This document shows, piece after piece, positions 17,036-24,894 of a stretch of DNA of 32,267 bases; position 1 is the stretch's first letter, and each line of letters starts with the position of its first letter. The notes beneath the pieces were generated by a model. The model worked only from the letters and a program-made list of their open reading frames with translations. It searched no databases and was not told the DNA's origin. The position numbers and the translations under genes are program-made. The stretch is from a virus (Duplodnaviria; Caudoviricetes). The stretch spans positions 1-32,267 of IMG/VR virus record IMGVR_UViG_3300039918_000021. The stretch is one strand, 5' to 3'.

Positions 17036-18973
17036 TCATGCCAGCGGCCCGCCTGGGCAGGCAACGAAAGCGGGCACCTCGTCGGGGTCGATCACCAGCT
17101 CGATCGGCACGAGCACGGCTGTCAGCGATGCGCTGGCGAACTTGGTCTTGATGCCACGCGTTGCGCCAGGCGCACGGGCGAGCGTGGTTGCCCAGCCGCC
17201 GCCCGCCCATTTGGTCGGGCCATAGATCGTGGCAAGCTCGCGGTGCGACAGCGCGACCGCAAGATAGGTCGGCTGGCCCGGCATCGCGTCGATTGCGCCC
17301 CACCGTTCCCGCCCATCCGGGCCGGGGCCGAGCGGCTTGCGATTGACGATCTTGAGCCCAAGCTCCTGGATCTTGTCGCGCGCGCCCTGGTCGCCTTCTC
17401 CGGCGCGTACCGCACGGCCGATCCACGTGCCCAGCCCCTCGCGCAGATCGCCACCGCGAAATTGATGCGGCGTGGTGCGCAGGTGGTTGAGGCAGGCATC
17501 ATGGTCCTGCACTGCGTCGTTGATCTCAGCGAGGCTTTCGGGTGCGCACAGCCGCGCCCAATGGTCGAGCAAGTCGGCATCGGGCACATGATCGTACAGC
17601 GCCAGATCGGCGCAGGCGAGCAAGGTGCCGAAGGTATCCGCACCACGCGCGTCATGGCCGCCGCTCGTCAAAGCGTCGTGATAGAGGTCATAGGTCTCTT
17701 TGTAGCGCCACCATCCATCGAACATGCGGCGCATCAACGCCGCGCCGATCGCGGGCAATTTCGCGCTCTCCAGATCCAGCTTGCGCGCGTCGCGCGGCAA
17801 CGGCTCGAGCTCGAGCACGGCAAAGCGGCTACGGTCCTGCGGCTCCATTTGCGGCATCAGGATCGCCGAGAATTGGAAGCAGGAATTGAGCGTGAAATCG
17901 GCCGCTTGATGGTCCGAGGATCCCTTGTGCATGTCGCTGCCCGACGAGGCGACGCGCGCCAGCTCGAGCACTGCCGACAGCTTGTGCGCGTTGAACGCGT
18001 TGGGTTCGAACTCGTCGAATATGACCGCGATCGTCTGGTTGCGCAGCTTCTGCCGCACCGCCGCCTCGGTCGCGCCGCCCGTGCGCAGCACCGCGCTGCC
18101 CAGCAGCCGGTCGATCAGGCCATCCTTGCCGTTAAAGCTCGATTTGCCCGTGCCGCGCCCGCCGGTCACGAAGAGATGCGAGCGCCAGGGGAGCGCGCCG
18201 GAAATCGAGGTCTGCGCAATCCACCCCAAGGCCAGCATCTGGTCGACGAGCCGACGCCGCCACGGCCATGTGCCGATCAGCGCCAGCAATTGCTCGACCG
18301 GCTGTTCGTCGACCGGCTCGTGATGCGGGCGCGGCGTGGCTTCGCCGGCCGGATAGACATAGCCGTCGATAAGGCCGGTCGGGAACCATTCGGCGTCAGC
18401 GGCGCTGCCGTTGATACGCCGCCGCCCGACCATCACCTTGTCGCCGAAATGGACGATCAGCGCGCCGCCGCGCCCCTTATGCGCGCCGCGCCCGCGCACC
18501 CGGCCCTGCGGATCAAAAATCCCCGCCATGCCACATGCGCCAATAAGGGCTTCGCTTGCTTCGTCTTGCTTGAACCCGACGATTTCGCTGGGCTTGATGA
18601 TTTCGCCCGTCTTGGCGCTGACCTTCGGCTCCGACCAACGCGGCCAATATTTCGACAGTAAATGCGTCTGCGGCGCAAACAATGCGTTGAAGTTATTCTT
18701 GCCATGGTCGCGCGGGCCGAGCGCCACGAGCTGGCCAAGCACGTTGAGATAGAAACAGGTCTGGCCATCGGTGCCAATACCGAGCGGCTTGACCGGGCAT
18801 CCCGGTGGAATGCGCGGGCGATCGAGCCCGTCATCCTCATCATACCCGCCAAAGGGCGCGGCATCGCCCGCCTGGGCGAGCGCGGGCGCATCGACTGGCG
18901 CATCGAGCGCCGCTGCGATCGACACGACATTATCGGGCAATGTGGCCGGGTCGGGGCGCGCGCGCCGGGTCAT
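17036..18973 (-). CDS. Replicative helicase/ATPase (primase-associated)
   Basis: Walker A GGRGTGKS, Walker B AVIFDEFE, DRSRF; ATGA-coupled to the primase. Confidence 0.85.
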   Translation of the reverse strand: MTRRARPDPATLPDNVVSIAAALDAPVDAPALAQAGDAAPFGGYDEDDGLDRPRIPPGCPVKPLGIGTDGQTCFYLNVLGQLVALGPRDHGKNNFNALFAPQTHLLSKYWPRWSEPKVSAKTGEIIKPSEIVGFKQDEASEALIGACGMAGIFDPQGRVRGRGAHKGRGGALIVHFGDKVMVGRRRINGSAADAEWFPTGLIDGYVYPAGEATPRPHHEPVDEQPVEQLLALIGTWPWRRRLVDQMLALGWIAQTSISGALPWRSHLFVTGGRGTGKSSFNGKDGLIDRLLGSAVLRTGGATEAAVRQKLRNQTIAVIFDEFEPNAFNAHKLSAVLELARVASSGSDMHKGSSDHQAADFTLNSCFQFSAILMPQMEPQDRSRFAVLELEPLPRDARKLDLESAKLPAIGAALMRRMFDGWWRYKETYDLYHDALTSGGHDARGADTFGTLLACADLALYDHVPDADLLDHWARLCAPESLAEINDAVQDHDACLNHLRTTPHQFRGGDLREGLGTWIGRAVRAGEGDQGARDKIQELGLKIVNRKPLGPGPDGRERWGAIDAMPGQPTYLAVALSHRELATIYGPTKWAGGGWATTLARAPGATRGIKTKFASASLTAVLVPIELVIDPDEVPAFVACPGGPLA

Positions 18974-20124
18974 GCGACACGCTCCCCAAGATCCGACAGC
19001 AGCCAGGCGTTGATGTCCTTCACGCCCCTTGGCGGCATCACGAACTGGACGTGATGGCCACGCGCCTGTTGCCGCGCCATGGCCTGTTCGAGCGCTTCGA
19101 GCTTGTCGGCCGCTTTGCGCCGCTCGGTCTCGTCGGCACCGGGTGGCGCGTCGTCGCGGTCGCACACGATGACGATCGTCGCGATGGCGGCGGGAAAGGC
19201 GATCAGCCCGAGGTTGCGCAACGAATAGCCCGCCAGCACGCGCAGATCGGGCTTGATCATCGCCACGGTGAGCGCGTCCTCGATCCCCTCGGTCATGTAG
19301 ATCGTTTCGGGCCGCCCGCTCTTGCTGCCGGAAAGCGCGCCCAGCGTCTTGCGCGACGCGCCCTTGCGCAGCGGCACGAACGCGCCGCCCGATTTGCCCA
19401 GCACCTTTTTGGCGTTGCCGCGCGGCACGCCCAGATCGGCACCATCGGCCTTGACCCATTGCCCATGCCGATCGCGGCCAAGCCAGGTGCGATGCGTCGC
19501 GACATGGACGCCATCGGGCGTGATCATCTGCGACACCATGCAGGGCAGCTTCATGCCCGCGTCGCGGTTCCACACCGCGTCATGGTAGCGCAGCGCGTTC
19601 GGCCAATGCCCCAACCGCGCGACATCGATGCCGCGCCCCTCCAAATAGCGCGAGGCCGGGCAATCGCCGGTCAGCGGCACGCCGTTAAGCCACAGCGACC
19701 GCGCGCCGCGCTTCTTGGCCTCGGTTTCCTGCGCCGCGCGGGCCTGGGCGTCGGCATCGATCGCGATGGTCTCGGCCCGGATCGTCGCCAGCCGCGCCGG
19801 GTCGAGATGGTCGATCCCCAGCCACGATTTGGCATATTGCACCGCATCGCCCAGATTGCCGCCGAATTTGGTCAGCGCGATCATGTGCAGCATGTCGCCG
19901 CTCGCCCCGACCATGCCGGGGCTTGCCCGAAAATCGGTCCACAACCCCTTGTTCGGGCCATCGACCGTCACCGCCAGCGATTGCCCGCGCTCGCCCGCGA
20001 TCGAGCCGACGCGCAGGAAATGCCCGTCGCGCACCGCATTGGGCAGGCAATCGCGCACGACGCTTTCGCAGCGCGCGCGCAATTGTAGCTCGATTTCGCG
20101 AACGGTGATGACCGAAGGCGACAC
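18970..20124 (-). CDS. TOPRIM DNA primase (P4 alpha-like)
   Basis: GLWTDF...GDML, YLEGRGI, HRTWL, MTEGIEDAL, DRD, PPRGVKDINAWL; GTG start inferred. Confidence 0.88.
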   Translation of the reverse strand: MSPSVITVREIELQLRARCESVVRDCLPNAVRDGHFLRVGSIAGERGQSLAVTVDGPNKGLWTDFRASPGMVGASGDMLHMIALTKFGGNLGDAVQYAKSWLGIDHLDPARLATIRAETIAIDADAQARAAQETEAKKRGARSLWLNGVPLTGDCPASRYLEGRGIDVARLGHWPNALRYHDAVWNRDAGMKLPCMVSQMITPDGVHVATHRTWLGRDRHGQWVKADGADLGVPRGNAKKVLGKSGGAFVPLRKGASRKTLGALSGSKSGRPETIYMTEGIEDALTVAMIKPDLRVLAGYSLRNLGLIAFPAAIATIVIVCDRDDAPPGADETERRKAADKLEALEQAMARQQARGHHVQFVMPPRGVKDINAWLLSDLGERVA

Positions 20125-20128
20125 GGGA

Positions 20129-20425
20129 TTAACCGGCCACCGCGTTGATATACCAGACACCGGCCGGGAGCTCGTAATCCTGGGCGATGCCCGCCTTGAG
20201 CTTGATCCCGGTCGCCGCCGGTGCGACATAACCCGCCGCCTTGCTGGCGGAAATGCGCTGATCCTCATCGGCGATCAGCCGGATCAGGCTGGGGCCAGGG
20301 ATAGGGCCGGATTGCGCGCCGAGCGGCACGACCGTCGCGCCTGCAGTGGCATCAAGCAACGGGGTCAGCGGCAATGCGCCGTTGCGCAAGGTGCGCAGCG
20401 AAAACGCCGTGATGTTCAGCGACAT
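20129..20425 (-). CDS. Hypothetical beta-rich protein (98 aa)
   Basis: GGAG RBS; overlaps the stop of the upstream gene; protein-like composition. Confidence 0.7.
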   Translation of the reverse strand: MSLNITAFSLRTLRNGALPLTPLLDATAGATVVPLGAQSGPIPGPSLIRLIADEDQRISASKAAGYVAPAATGIKLKAGIAQDYELPAGVWYINAVAG

Positions 20426-20787
20426 AGGTCTTGCTCCATAGCAGCTCGGGCGAGGGTGCGGTTGGGGGTGCGATCGAACGGTTTGTCGAGCCAGCCGAGC
20501 GGGCCGCCGCGCGCCCAGTCATCCGGCAGCACCGCCCCGGCGGTTTCCCGCGCGATCATCGCGGCGGTCTCGTCCGAGGGCTCGACCTCGCCCGACAGCA
20601 GCCGGTCGAGTTGGTCAACCGACAGGCGCTTTCGGTTGACGATGCGCGGCGGGTTGATCGCGCCGGGCCGCATCGACTCCGCCGCCAACCACCAGGCCAG
20701 CCGATGCGCGCCGTTCGACGGGGGATGGCGCGGTGCGCGCTGCGCGAGGCCGATGGGAGCAGCGCCCAATGCCGTATCGACGCTCAC
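20416..20787 (-). CDS. Cro/YdaS-like HTH protein
   Basis: LSVDQLDRLLSGEVEPSDETAAMIARETAGAVLPDDW; GTGA-coupled start. Confidence 0.65.
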   Translation of the reverse strand: MSVDTALGAAPIGLAQRAPRHPPSNGAHRLAWWLAAESMRPGAINPPRIVNRKRLSVDQLDRLLSGEVEPSDETAAMIARETAGAVLPDDWARGGPLGWLDKPFDRTPNRTLARAAMEQDLCR

Positions 20788-20960
20788 CGCACGCGCGCCA
20801 TTTTGGGCGCGCTGGCCAGTGCGGCCGGAACCGGTTCGATAACGCTTTGGCAATCACCGCAAATGTCGGTCCAGCCATGCCCATTGACGAACAGTGATTC
20901 GAGCACCTTGCGCGGGCTACCGCACCAGTAACAGACTTTGGGGAGCGATCCGCCGCGCAT
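20784..20960 (-). CDS. Small C4 zinc-finger protein, ClpX zinc-binding-domain-like (58 aa)
   Basis: CYWCG...LF...DICGDC; coupled at both ends. Confidence 0.65.
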   Translation of the reverse strand: MRGGSLPKVCYWCGSPRKVLESLFVNGHGWTDICGDCQSVIEPVPAALASAPKMARVR

Positions 20961-21187
20961 CACTGGCCCTCGCGTTCGCGCAGCGCCGCGATGGTGCGGT
21001 TGATCAGCGCGCGAATGTCGGCACCGGGCAGCACGCGCTCGGCTTGCGAGCCGCGCAAGCACGCCAGCTCGTCCGGCGTCATCGCCTGCATCGCTGCGGA
21101 TCGCGCCTTGCGCGACGCCCAGCCCTTGGCCGCCGCCGCCGATCGCGCCGCGCCTGTGCGCGTCGCAGAGTCGCCGCGCGCGCTCAC
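20960..21187 (-). CDS. Hypothetical protein (75 aa)
   Basis: GTG start; AAAAKGWASRKAR; TGATG-coupled to the next gene. Confidence 0.55.
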   Translation of the reverse strand: MSARGDSATRTGAARSAAAAKGWASRKARSAAMQAMTPDELACLRGSQAERVLPGADIRALINRTIAALREREGQ

Positions 21188-21321
21188 CACGCACATCCGT
21201 CTAGGATTTTTCCTACGGAGCCATTTGACTTGTTGGAACGAAATGAGGAACAAATGCGGAACATAGGCGAATGATTCGCCAGGGGGCCCGCACATGACCG
21301 CGAACGTCTTGCCATTTCCAT
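21184..21321 (-). CDS. Small ORF after cro (45 aa, MEMARRSRSC...)
   Basis: TGATG overlap with the cro stop and GTGA overlap with the next gene; spans the SOS box, so it may only serve translational coupling. Confidence 0.35.
   Translation of the reverse strand: MEMARRSRSCAGPLANHSPMFRICSSFRSNKSNGSVGKILDGCAW
21225..21262 (+). promoter_or_regulatory. LexA (SOS) box GAAC-N7-GAAC overlapping a rightward promoter
   Basis: GAAC-AAATGCG-GAAC at 21248-21262 plus a third GAAC at 21236; TTGACT at 21225-21230 lies 17 nt upstream. GAAC-N7-GAAC is the established alphaproteobacterial LexA box. Confidence 0.75.
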
Positions 21322-21983
21322 CACGCCGCCTTCCGATCGACCCGGAGCGCCGGGAGGTCGTAAAAGTCGTTGGGCTGCGCGACGCCTTCGACGTACAGCT
21401 CAACCATGAAGGCGGGTCCGGGGATCATGTCGCCGTTTTTCCAGCGCAGCCACGTCATCCGCGTCGTCCCAAAATGCGCACCGGCCTCGGCATCGGTGAG
21501 CGCGCGCTCCCGTTGCCATTGCTTCAATTTTCCGGGAGCAGCCTTCATTCCAAAGCTGGTAACACTATGCGTTACAATTTGACAATCCCGTGTAACGCGA
21601 TACGTAGCTGCGTTGTGACCGCGACCGTTCTATCTTTCCTTCGTATGGAGGACATGCCGAACCGCATTCTCGAGCTGCGCCGTGCGGCCAAGCTGAGCCA
21701 GGAAGAGCTCGGCTTTCGCGTCGGCGTGTCCAAGATGCAGATATCGGGGATGGAACGCGGCAAGCGCGAACTGTCGCTCGGCATGATGCGTCGGCTGGCG
21801 GAAGCGCTGGACGTTTCCCCCGCCGACTTGCTGTGCGACGAGGACAACCCGATGCGCCTCGCCACCGACGAGCGCGCCTTGCTGTCGCGCTACCGCGCCG
21901 CCGATCCGGAACAGCAGCGCAATATTGAACGGGTCACCGAGGCCCTTGTGCCCTTCAACCAACGGCAGCGCGACGCGGCATAA
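21294..21983 (+). CDS. Putative SOS-inducible ORF antisense to cro, in frame with the repressor (229 aa long isoform)
   Basis: AGGGGG RBS 8 nt before ATG; protein-like start MTANVLPFPSRR; no stop before the cI stop. Confidence 0.4.
   Translation: MTANVLPFPSRRLPIDPERREVVKVVGLRDAFDVQLNHEGGSGDHVAVFPAQPRHPRRPKMRTGLGIGERALPLPLLQFSGSSLHSKAGNTMRYNLTIPCNAIRSCVVTATVLSFLRMEDMPNRILELRRAAKLSQEELGFRVGVSKMQISGMERGKRELSLGMMRRLAEALDVSPADLLCDEDNPMRLATDERALLSRYRAADPEQQRNIERVTEALVPFNQRQRDAA
21321..21548 (-). CDS. cro: Cro-like repressor
   Basis: LKQWQRERALTDAEAGAHFGTTRMTWLRWKNGDMIP HTH, VAQPNDFY tail; divergent from cI and first gene of the lytic operon. Confidence 0.85.
   Translation of the reverse strand: MKAAPGKLKQWQRERALTDAEAGAHFGTTRMTWLRWKNGDMIPGPAFMVELYVEGVAQPNDFYDLPALRVDRKAA
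21559..21608. promoter_or_regulatory. Operator/promoter region between cro and cI
   Basis: GTAAC-ACTATGC-GTTAC (21559-21575), degenerate GTAAC-GCGATAC-GTAGC (21592-21608), TTGACA (21579) and TTGTCA on the opposite strand. Confidence 0.8.
21645..21983 (+). CDS. cI: CI-like XRE repressor without S24 peptidase domain
   Basis: RILELRRAAKLSQEELGFRVGVSKMQISGMERGKRELS HTH; only about 110 aa. Start is 21645 (possibly leaderless, TATCTT 8 nt upstream) or 21654. Confidence 0.9.
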   Translation: MEDMPNRILELRRAAKLSQEELGFRVGVSKMQISGMERGKRELSLGMMRRLAEALDVSPADLLCDEDNPMRLATDERALLSRYRAADPEQQRNIERVTEALVPFNQRQRDAA

Positions 21984-21990
21984 CCGAGAA

Positions 21991-22245
21991 GTGCTTCACC
22001 GCCTTCTCCAATATGATGTCGTGATCGCCAGCGCATGGCTGGCCCTGTCGCTCTTCACGCTACCGATCCTGGTGTCAAAGGCGTGGGAGCGACTGGGCAT
22101 TCCCGGCAAATGGTGGCTGGTATGGCCCGCGATCGGACTGTGCATCGCCGCGATCGCGGCCTGCTACAGCGCCGCACGCATTTTGGACAACATCCATTGC
22201 GAACGCGAGACGCACCACCCGTGCGAAGAGGGCGGCGACGACTGA
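21991..22245 (+). CDS. Two-TM membrane protein downstream of cI
   Basis: GTG 7 nt after the cI stop; two hydrophobic segments; C-terminal HC..HHPC. Confidence 0.65.
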   Translation: MLHRLLQYDVVIASAWLALSLFTLPILVSKAWERLGIPGKWWLVWPAIGLCIAAIAACYSAARILDNIHCERETHHPCEEGGDD

Positions 22246-22257
22246 CGCAATGCGCTG

Positions 22258-22310
22258 GTAACGCATAACGTTACTTTTTAGTTTGACACAGTAACGTTAT
22301 GCGTTACAAC
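22258..22310 (+). promoter_or_regulatory. Early promoter with two repressor operators
   Basis: GTAACGCATAACGTTAC (22258-22274) and its reverse complement (22291-22307) flank TTGACA (22283)-N16-TACAAC. Confidence 0.85.
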
Positions 22311-22337
22311 GCGCTCCGTTCTCAACGGAGGCGCATC

Positions 22338-22760
22338 ATGAGCTTGCACGACCGGCGGCTACAGCCGCCCGACACCGAAACCTTCGACGCCGCTGCCATC
22401 ACGCCGCTGCCGTCGCTCCCCACCTTCGCCAATGGCACGCTATACGGCCTGTTCGCCGTGGGCGGTATGCTGGGCCATCGCGACCGCGCGGTCTCGTGGT
22501 TGTGCAGGCTGGTCGATGCGCTGATCGCGCATGATGGCTTTCCGCAACCGCTCCCGCTGCGCCAGGCGGATGGCACCACCAGCCGCGCCGCGCATCGCGA
22601 CAGCCGTTGGCCCGCCGCCGCCGTCGATGCGTGGCTTGCCGGTCAGATCCCGGCCGGGCTGGTCGCGGTGGTTGATACCTCGCACCTCGCCGCCGCCAGC
22701 GCCCGCCTCGATATGCGGGCGCGGGCGTTGAGCGTGATCGACGGAGGGCGCGCCGCATGA
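22338..22760 (+). CDS. Hypothetical DNA-binding protein (AlpA/excisionase-like)
   Basis: GGAGG RBS; GFPQPL...SRWPAAAVDAWL pattern. Confidence 0.65.
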   Translation: MSLHDRRLQPPDTETFDAAAITPLPSLPTFANGTLYGLFAVGGMLGHRDRAVSWLCRLVDALIAHDGFPQPLPLRQADGTTSRAAHRDSRWPAAAVDAWLAGQIPAGLVAVVDTSHLAAASARLDMRARALSVIDGGRAA

Positions 22761-22975
22761 AGCCGCTCCCGCGCCGTCCGCGCTACCGCGCGGTGCATCC
22801 CCGGTCGCTGCATCCCATGTGGCTGCGCCAGCGGTCGCGGCTCGCACCGCTGATCCACGATGCGCAGGCCTATGATCGATTGGTCGGCCGCGCGGCCGTC
22901 GCCATCGCCGCCTGCCTGATCGGCATGATGTTGCTGCGCGTCGTCATCGCCTGGTCGCAGGGGAGGCTTGGCTGA
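22757..22975 (+). CDS. Hypothetical membrane protein (72 aa)
   Basis: ATGA-coupled; C-terminal TM helix. Confidence 0.65.
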   Translation: MKPLPRRPRYRAVHPRSLHPMWLRQRSRLAPLIHDAQAYDRLVGRAAVAIAACLIGMMLLRVVIAWSQGRLG

Positions 22976-23187
22976 TGGTGGCCGGTCTGAACAACAGTCT
23001 TTTCACCACTTTAGAGGGGCTGAAACGGCGCGCGAAGAAGCTGAGCCGCACGACAGGAGTGCCGCACCATGAAGCGCTCGAACAAATAGCGCAGGCGGGC
23101 GGTTATCGCGACTATCGCCAGGCGCGGACCTGTCTGCAAACCGAGGATCGCTCCGAGAACATGGAGGCCGGTAATGGGTCTCGATGA
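22975..23187 (+). CDS. Hypothetical helical protein (DUF5623-like, 70 aa)
   Basis: TLEGLKRRAKKLSR..GVPHHEALEQIAQAGGY; GGGAGG RBS. Confidence 0.7.
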   Translation: MVAGLNNSLFTTLEGLKRRAKKLSRTTGVPHHEALEQIAQAGGYRDYRQARTCLQTEDRSENMEAGNGSR

Positions 23188-23410
23188 TCTCCAACGCCGC
23201 GATGCGCGCATCGCCCAGCTCGAGGCGATCGGGTGCCGCAACCGCACGCGCGAGCAGGACCATGAACTTGGCCGTCTGATCGACGCGCGCGATCAGCTCT
23301 GGCGTCGGCTGGCCAGTCGCATCGCCGCCGCGCGCGACCGTGCGCGCGAGCTCGAAACCTATGCCCGCCAGATCGGGCTGCCTCTTCCCGAAAGCGTTCC
23401 CCATGGCTGA
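23174..23410 (+). CDS. Hypothetical coiled-coil protein (78 aa)
   Basis: GGAGG RBS; tiles with neighbours. Confidence 0.65.
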   Translation: MGLDDLQRRDARIAQLEAIGCRNRTREQDHELGRLIDARDQLWRRLASRIAAARDRARELETYARQIGLPLPESVPHG

Positions 23411-23618
23411 TCTTGTCGACGCTGCCCAGCAACTGGAAAGCGAACACCTCGCCCGCTCGATCCGCGCCGCCCGCGTGCCGGTGCCCGAAGGCGTACCCGG
23501 CGAATGCGAGACATGCGGCGAGGATATGCCCCGCCTTGTCGACGGTCGCTGCGCGCCCTGCCGCGATGGCCGCGTCCGCGTCGCGCGCTTCCACCCGATG
23601 ACGGGAGACGCGGCATGA
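23403..23618 (+). CDS. TraR/DksA-family zinc-finger protein
   Basis: N-terminal DLVDAA (DxxDxA) and CETC...CAPC. Confidence 0.8.
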   Translation: MADLVDAAQQLESEHLARSIRAARVPVPEGVPGECETCGEDMPRLVDGRCAPCRDGRVRVARFHPMTGDAA

Positions 23619-23884
23619 TCGTCATCAGGGTGGAGCTTTGGTCAGCGATCACAGGAGAGAAGAGCGAGATCGCTCGCATGACCATCGATAATATCGGTGG
23701 AACGGTGCAGCGCGGCGACTATCGCGCGCGCACGATGCGAGGTCGTTCGCTCGAGGCGCTGCACAAGGCCATGCTCTCGAACAGCATCCAGCGCGAAGGG
23801 AAGGTATTCGGCCATGAGCGCTTACGCCTTCATGTGTGGAATTTGGTCGCGAAAGCGCTCACTGCCATGGGGTACGGTCTGTGA
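23615..23884 (+). CDS. Hypothetical phage protein (89 aa)
   Basis: MIVIRVELWS...IDNIGGT..RGDY; ATGA-coupled. Confidence 0.75.
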   Translation: MIVIRVELWSAITGEKSEIARMTIDNIGGTVQRGDYRARTMRGRSLEALHKAMLSNSIQREGKVFGHERLRLHVWNLVAKALTAMGYGL

Positions 23885-24225
23885 AGCATGACGCTCGCAC
23901 CCCGCGGGCCGGGTGTCGTTGTGCCCCGTGCCGATCGGCCCGCGCGCGCATCTGGCACAGCCTGTCCGCCGCGCAACGCGTCGCGCTGCGGGCGCTCGAT
24001 TTCGTCGTGCCGCGCCACCCGACCGATTTGCAGAAACGCGACGGCATTCGCTGGCGGACGATCGGCACGCTCTTGCTTGATCGCCCGGATCGCCCGGCGC
24101 TGGTGCGCGAGCATCAGCTTGGCGAACGCAACTGGCACGCCCGCACCATGCCCTTTTTCACCCTCAACCAGCATGGCCACGAGCTGATCGCCGCCATGTG
24201 CCACCACGAAAGGAAGTCCGCATGA
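23881..24225 (+). CDS. Hypothetical protein with CxCxxC and winged-helix-like segment
   Basis: GTGA-coupled; GCRCAPC; FFTLNQHG. Confidence 0.6.
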   Translation: MKHDARTPRAGCRCAPCRSARARIWHSLSAAQRVALRALDFVVPRHPTDLQKRDGIRWRTIGTLLLDRPDRPALVREHQLGERNWHARTMPFFTLNQHGHELIAAMCHHERKSA

Positions 24226-24557
24226 GCGAGATGGAGGACGCGCTAACTGCGCTGCAAAGACAAGTCGAAATCCTTGAAAGGAAGGTGAGCAACCTCAGGA
24301 CCGGGGAACAGGTTCAAGTATGTGAAACGATAACGGGTCGAGATCGCCTTAAGGAATTGGCGGATAGTCTGATTGGTCCCCAAAATGGATGCCAGTGGGA
24401 GTGTGGTGACGAAGCGCTCAGATCATCGGCCATTTTGCGCATTATCATCGATAACAAGATCAGCGACCAACAAGCAATCGAGCACGTCGAGGAGCTCATT
24501 TATAAAGCTGGAAAGCGCTTCGCCGAAGAGATCACGCTGGATGAGGTGCCGTTCTGA
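24222..24557 (+). CDS. Hypothetical AT-richer protein ending in DEVPF
   Basis: ATGA-coupled; acidic C-terminus. Confidence 0.7.
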   Translation: MSEMEDALTALQRQVEILERKVSNLRTGEQVQVCETITGRDRLKELADSLIGPQNGCQWECGDEALRSSAILRIIIDNKISDQQAIEHVEELIYKAGKRFAEEITLDEVPF

Positions 24558-24712
24558 TGCGCCACCTCATTCCCCACATCGAATACGGCCATTGGCGCGG
24601 CTCCGCGCTCACGAATGACGGCCGCCCGCACGGTGACGAGGCTCGAGGATGCATTCTTTGCGTCCAATGGCTCGGCATCCTGATTGAAATCGGGATCGGA
24701 GCCGTCCGATGA
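24557..24712 (+). CDS. Small hypothetical protein (51 aa, MRHLIPHIEYGHW...)
   Basis: TGATG and ATGA overlaps with both neighbours; hand-translated. Confidence 0.55.
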   Translation: MRHLIPHIEYGHWRGSALTNDGRPHGDEARGCILCVQWLGILIEIGIGAVR

Positions 24713-24894
24713 ACGACGCCAAGCCGGGCGACCGCTGCAGCAATGGCCCGCACGTCGAGTGCTGGACCTGCCCGAACTGCTATCACGATCATACGGCCAG
24801 GGTGTCGCAATGCGAGGACTGCGGAATAAAGCTGTCCTGCACCATCGAGCGCCCGCCGATCGCCGTCTGCACCGTAGCGGAGCGAGACGCGTGA
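24709..24894 (+). CDS. Small Cys-rich zinc-ribbon protein (61 aa)
   Basis: WTCPNC...QCEDCG. Confidence 0.65.
   Translation: MNDAKPGDRCSNGPHVECWTCPNCYHDHTARVSQCEDCGIKLSCTIERPPIAVCTVAERDA

Noticed and set aside
15918-17426. 502-aa minus-strand ORF
   Set aside because: Overlaps the helicase out of frame, crosses the iteron and repeat region, and is Arg/Gly/Ala-rich without motifs; likely a high-GC shadow ORF.
17018-20842. Long plus-strand ORFs opposite primase/helicase (and similar ones opposite structural genes and integrase)
   Set aside because: Antisense shadows of GC-rich genes with no recognisable motifs or supporting expression signals.
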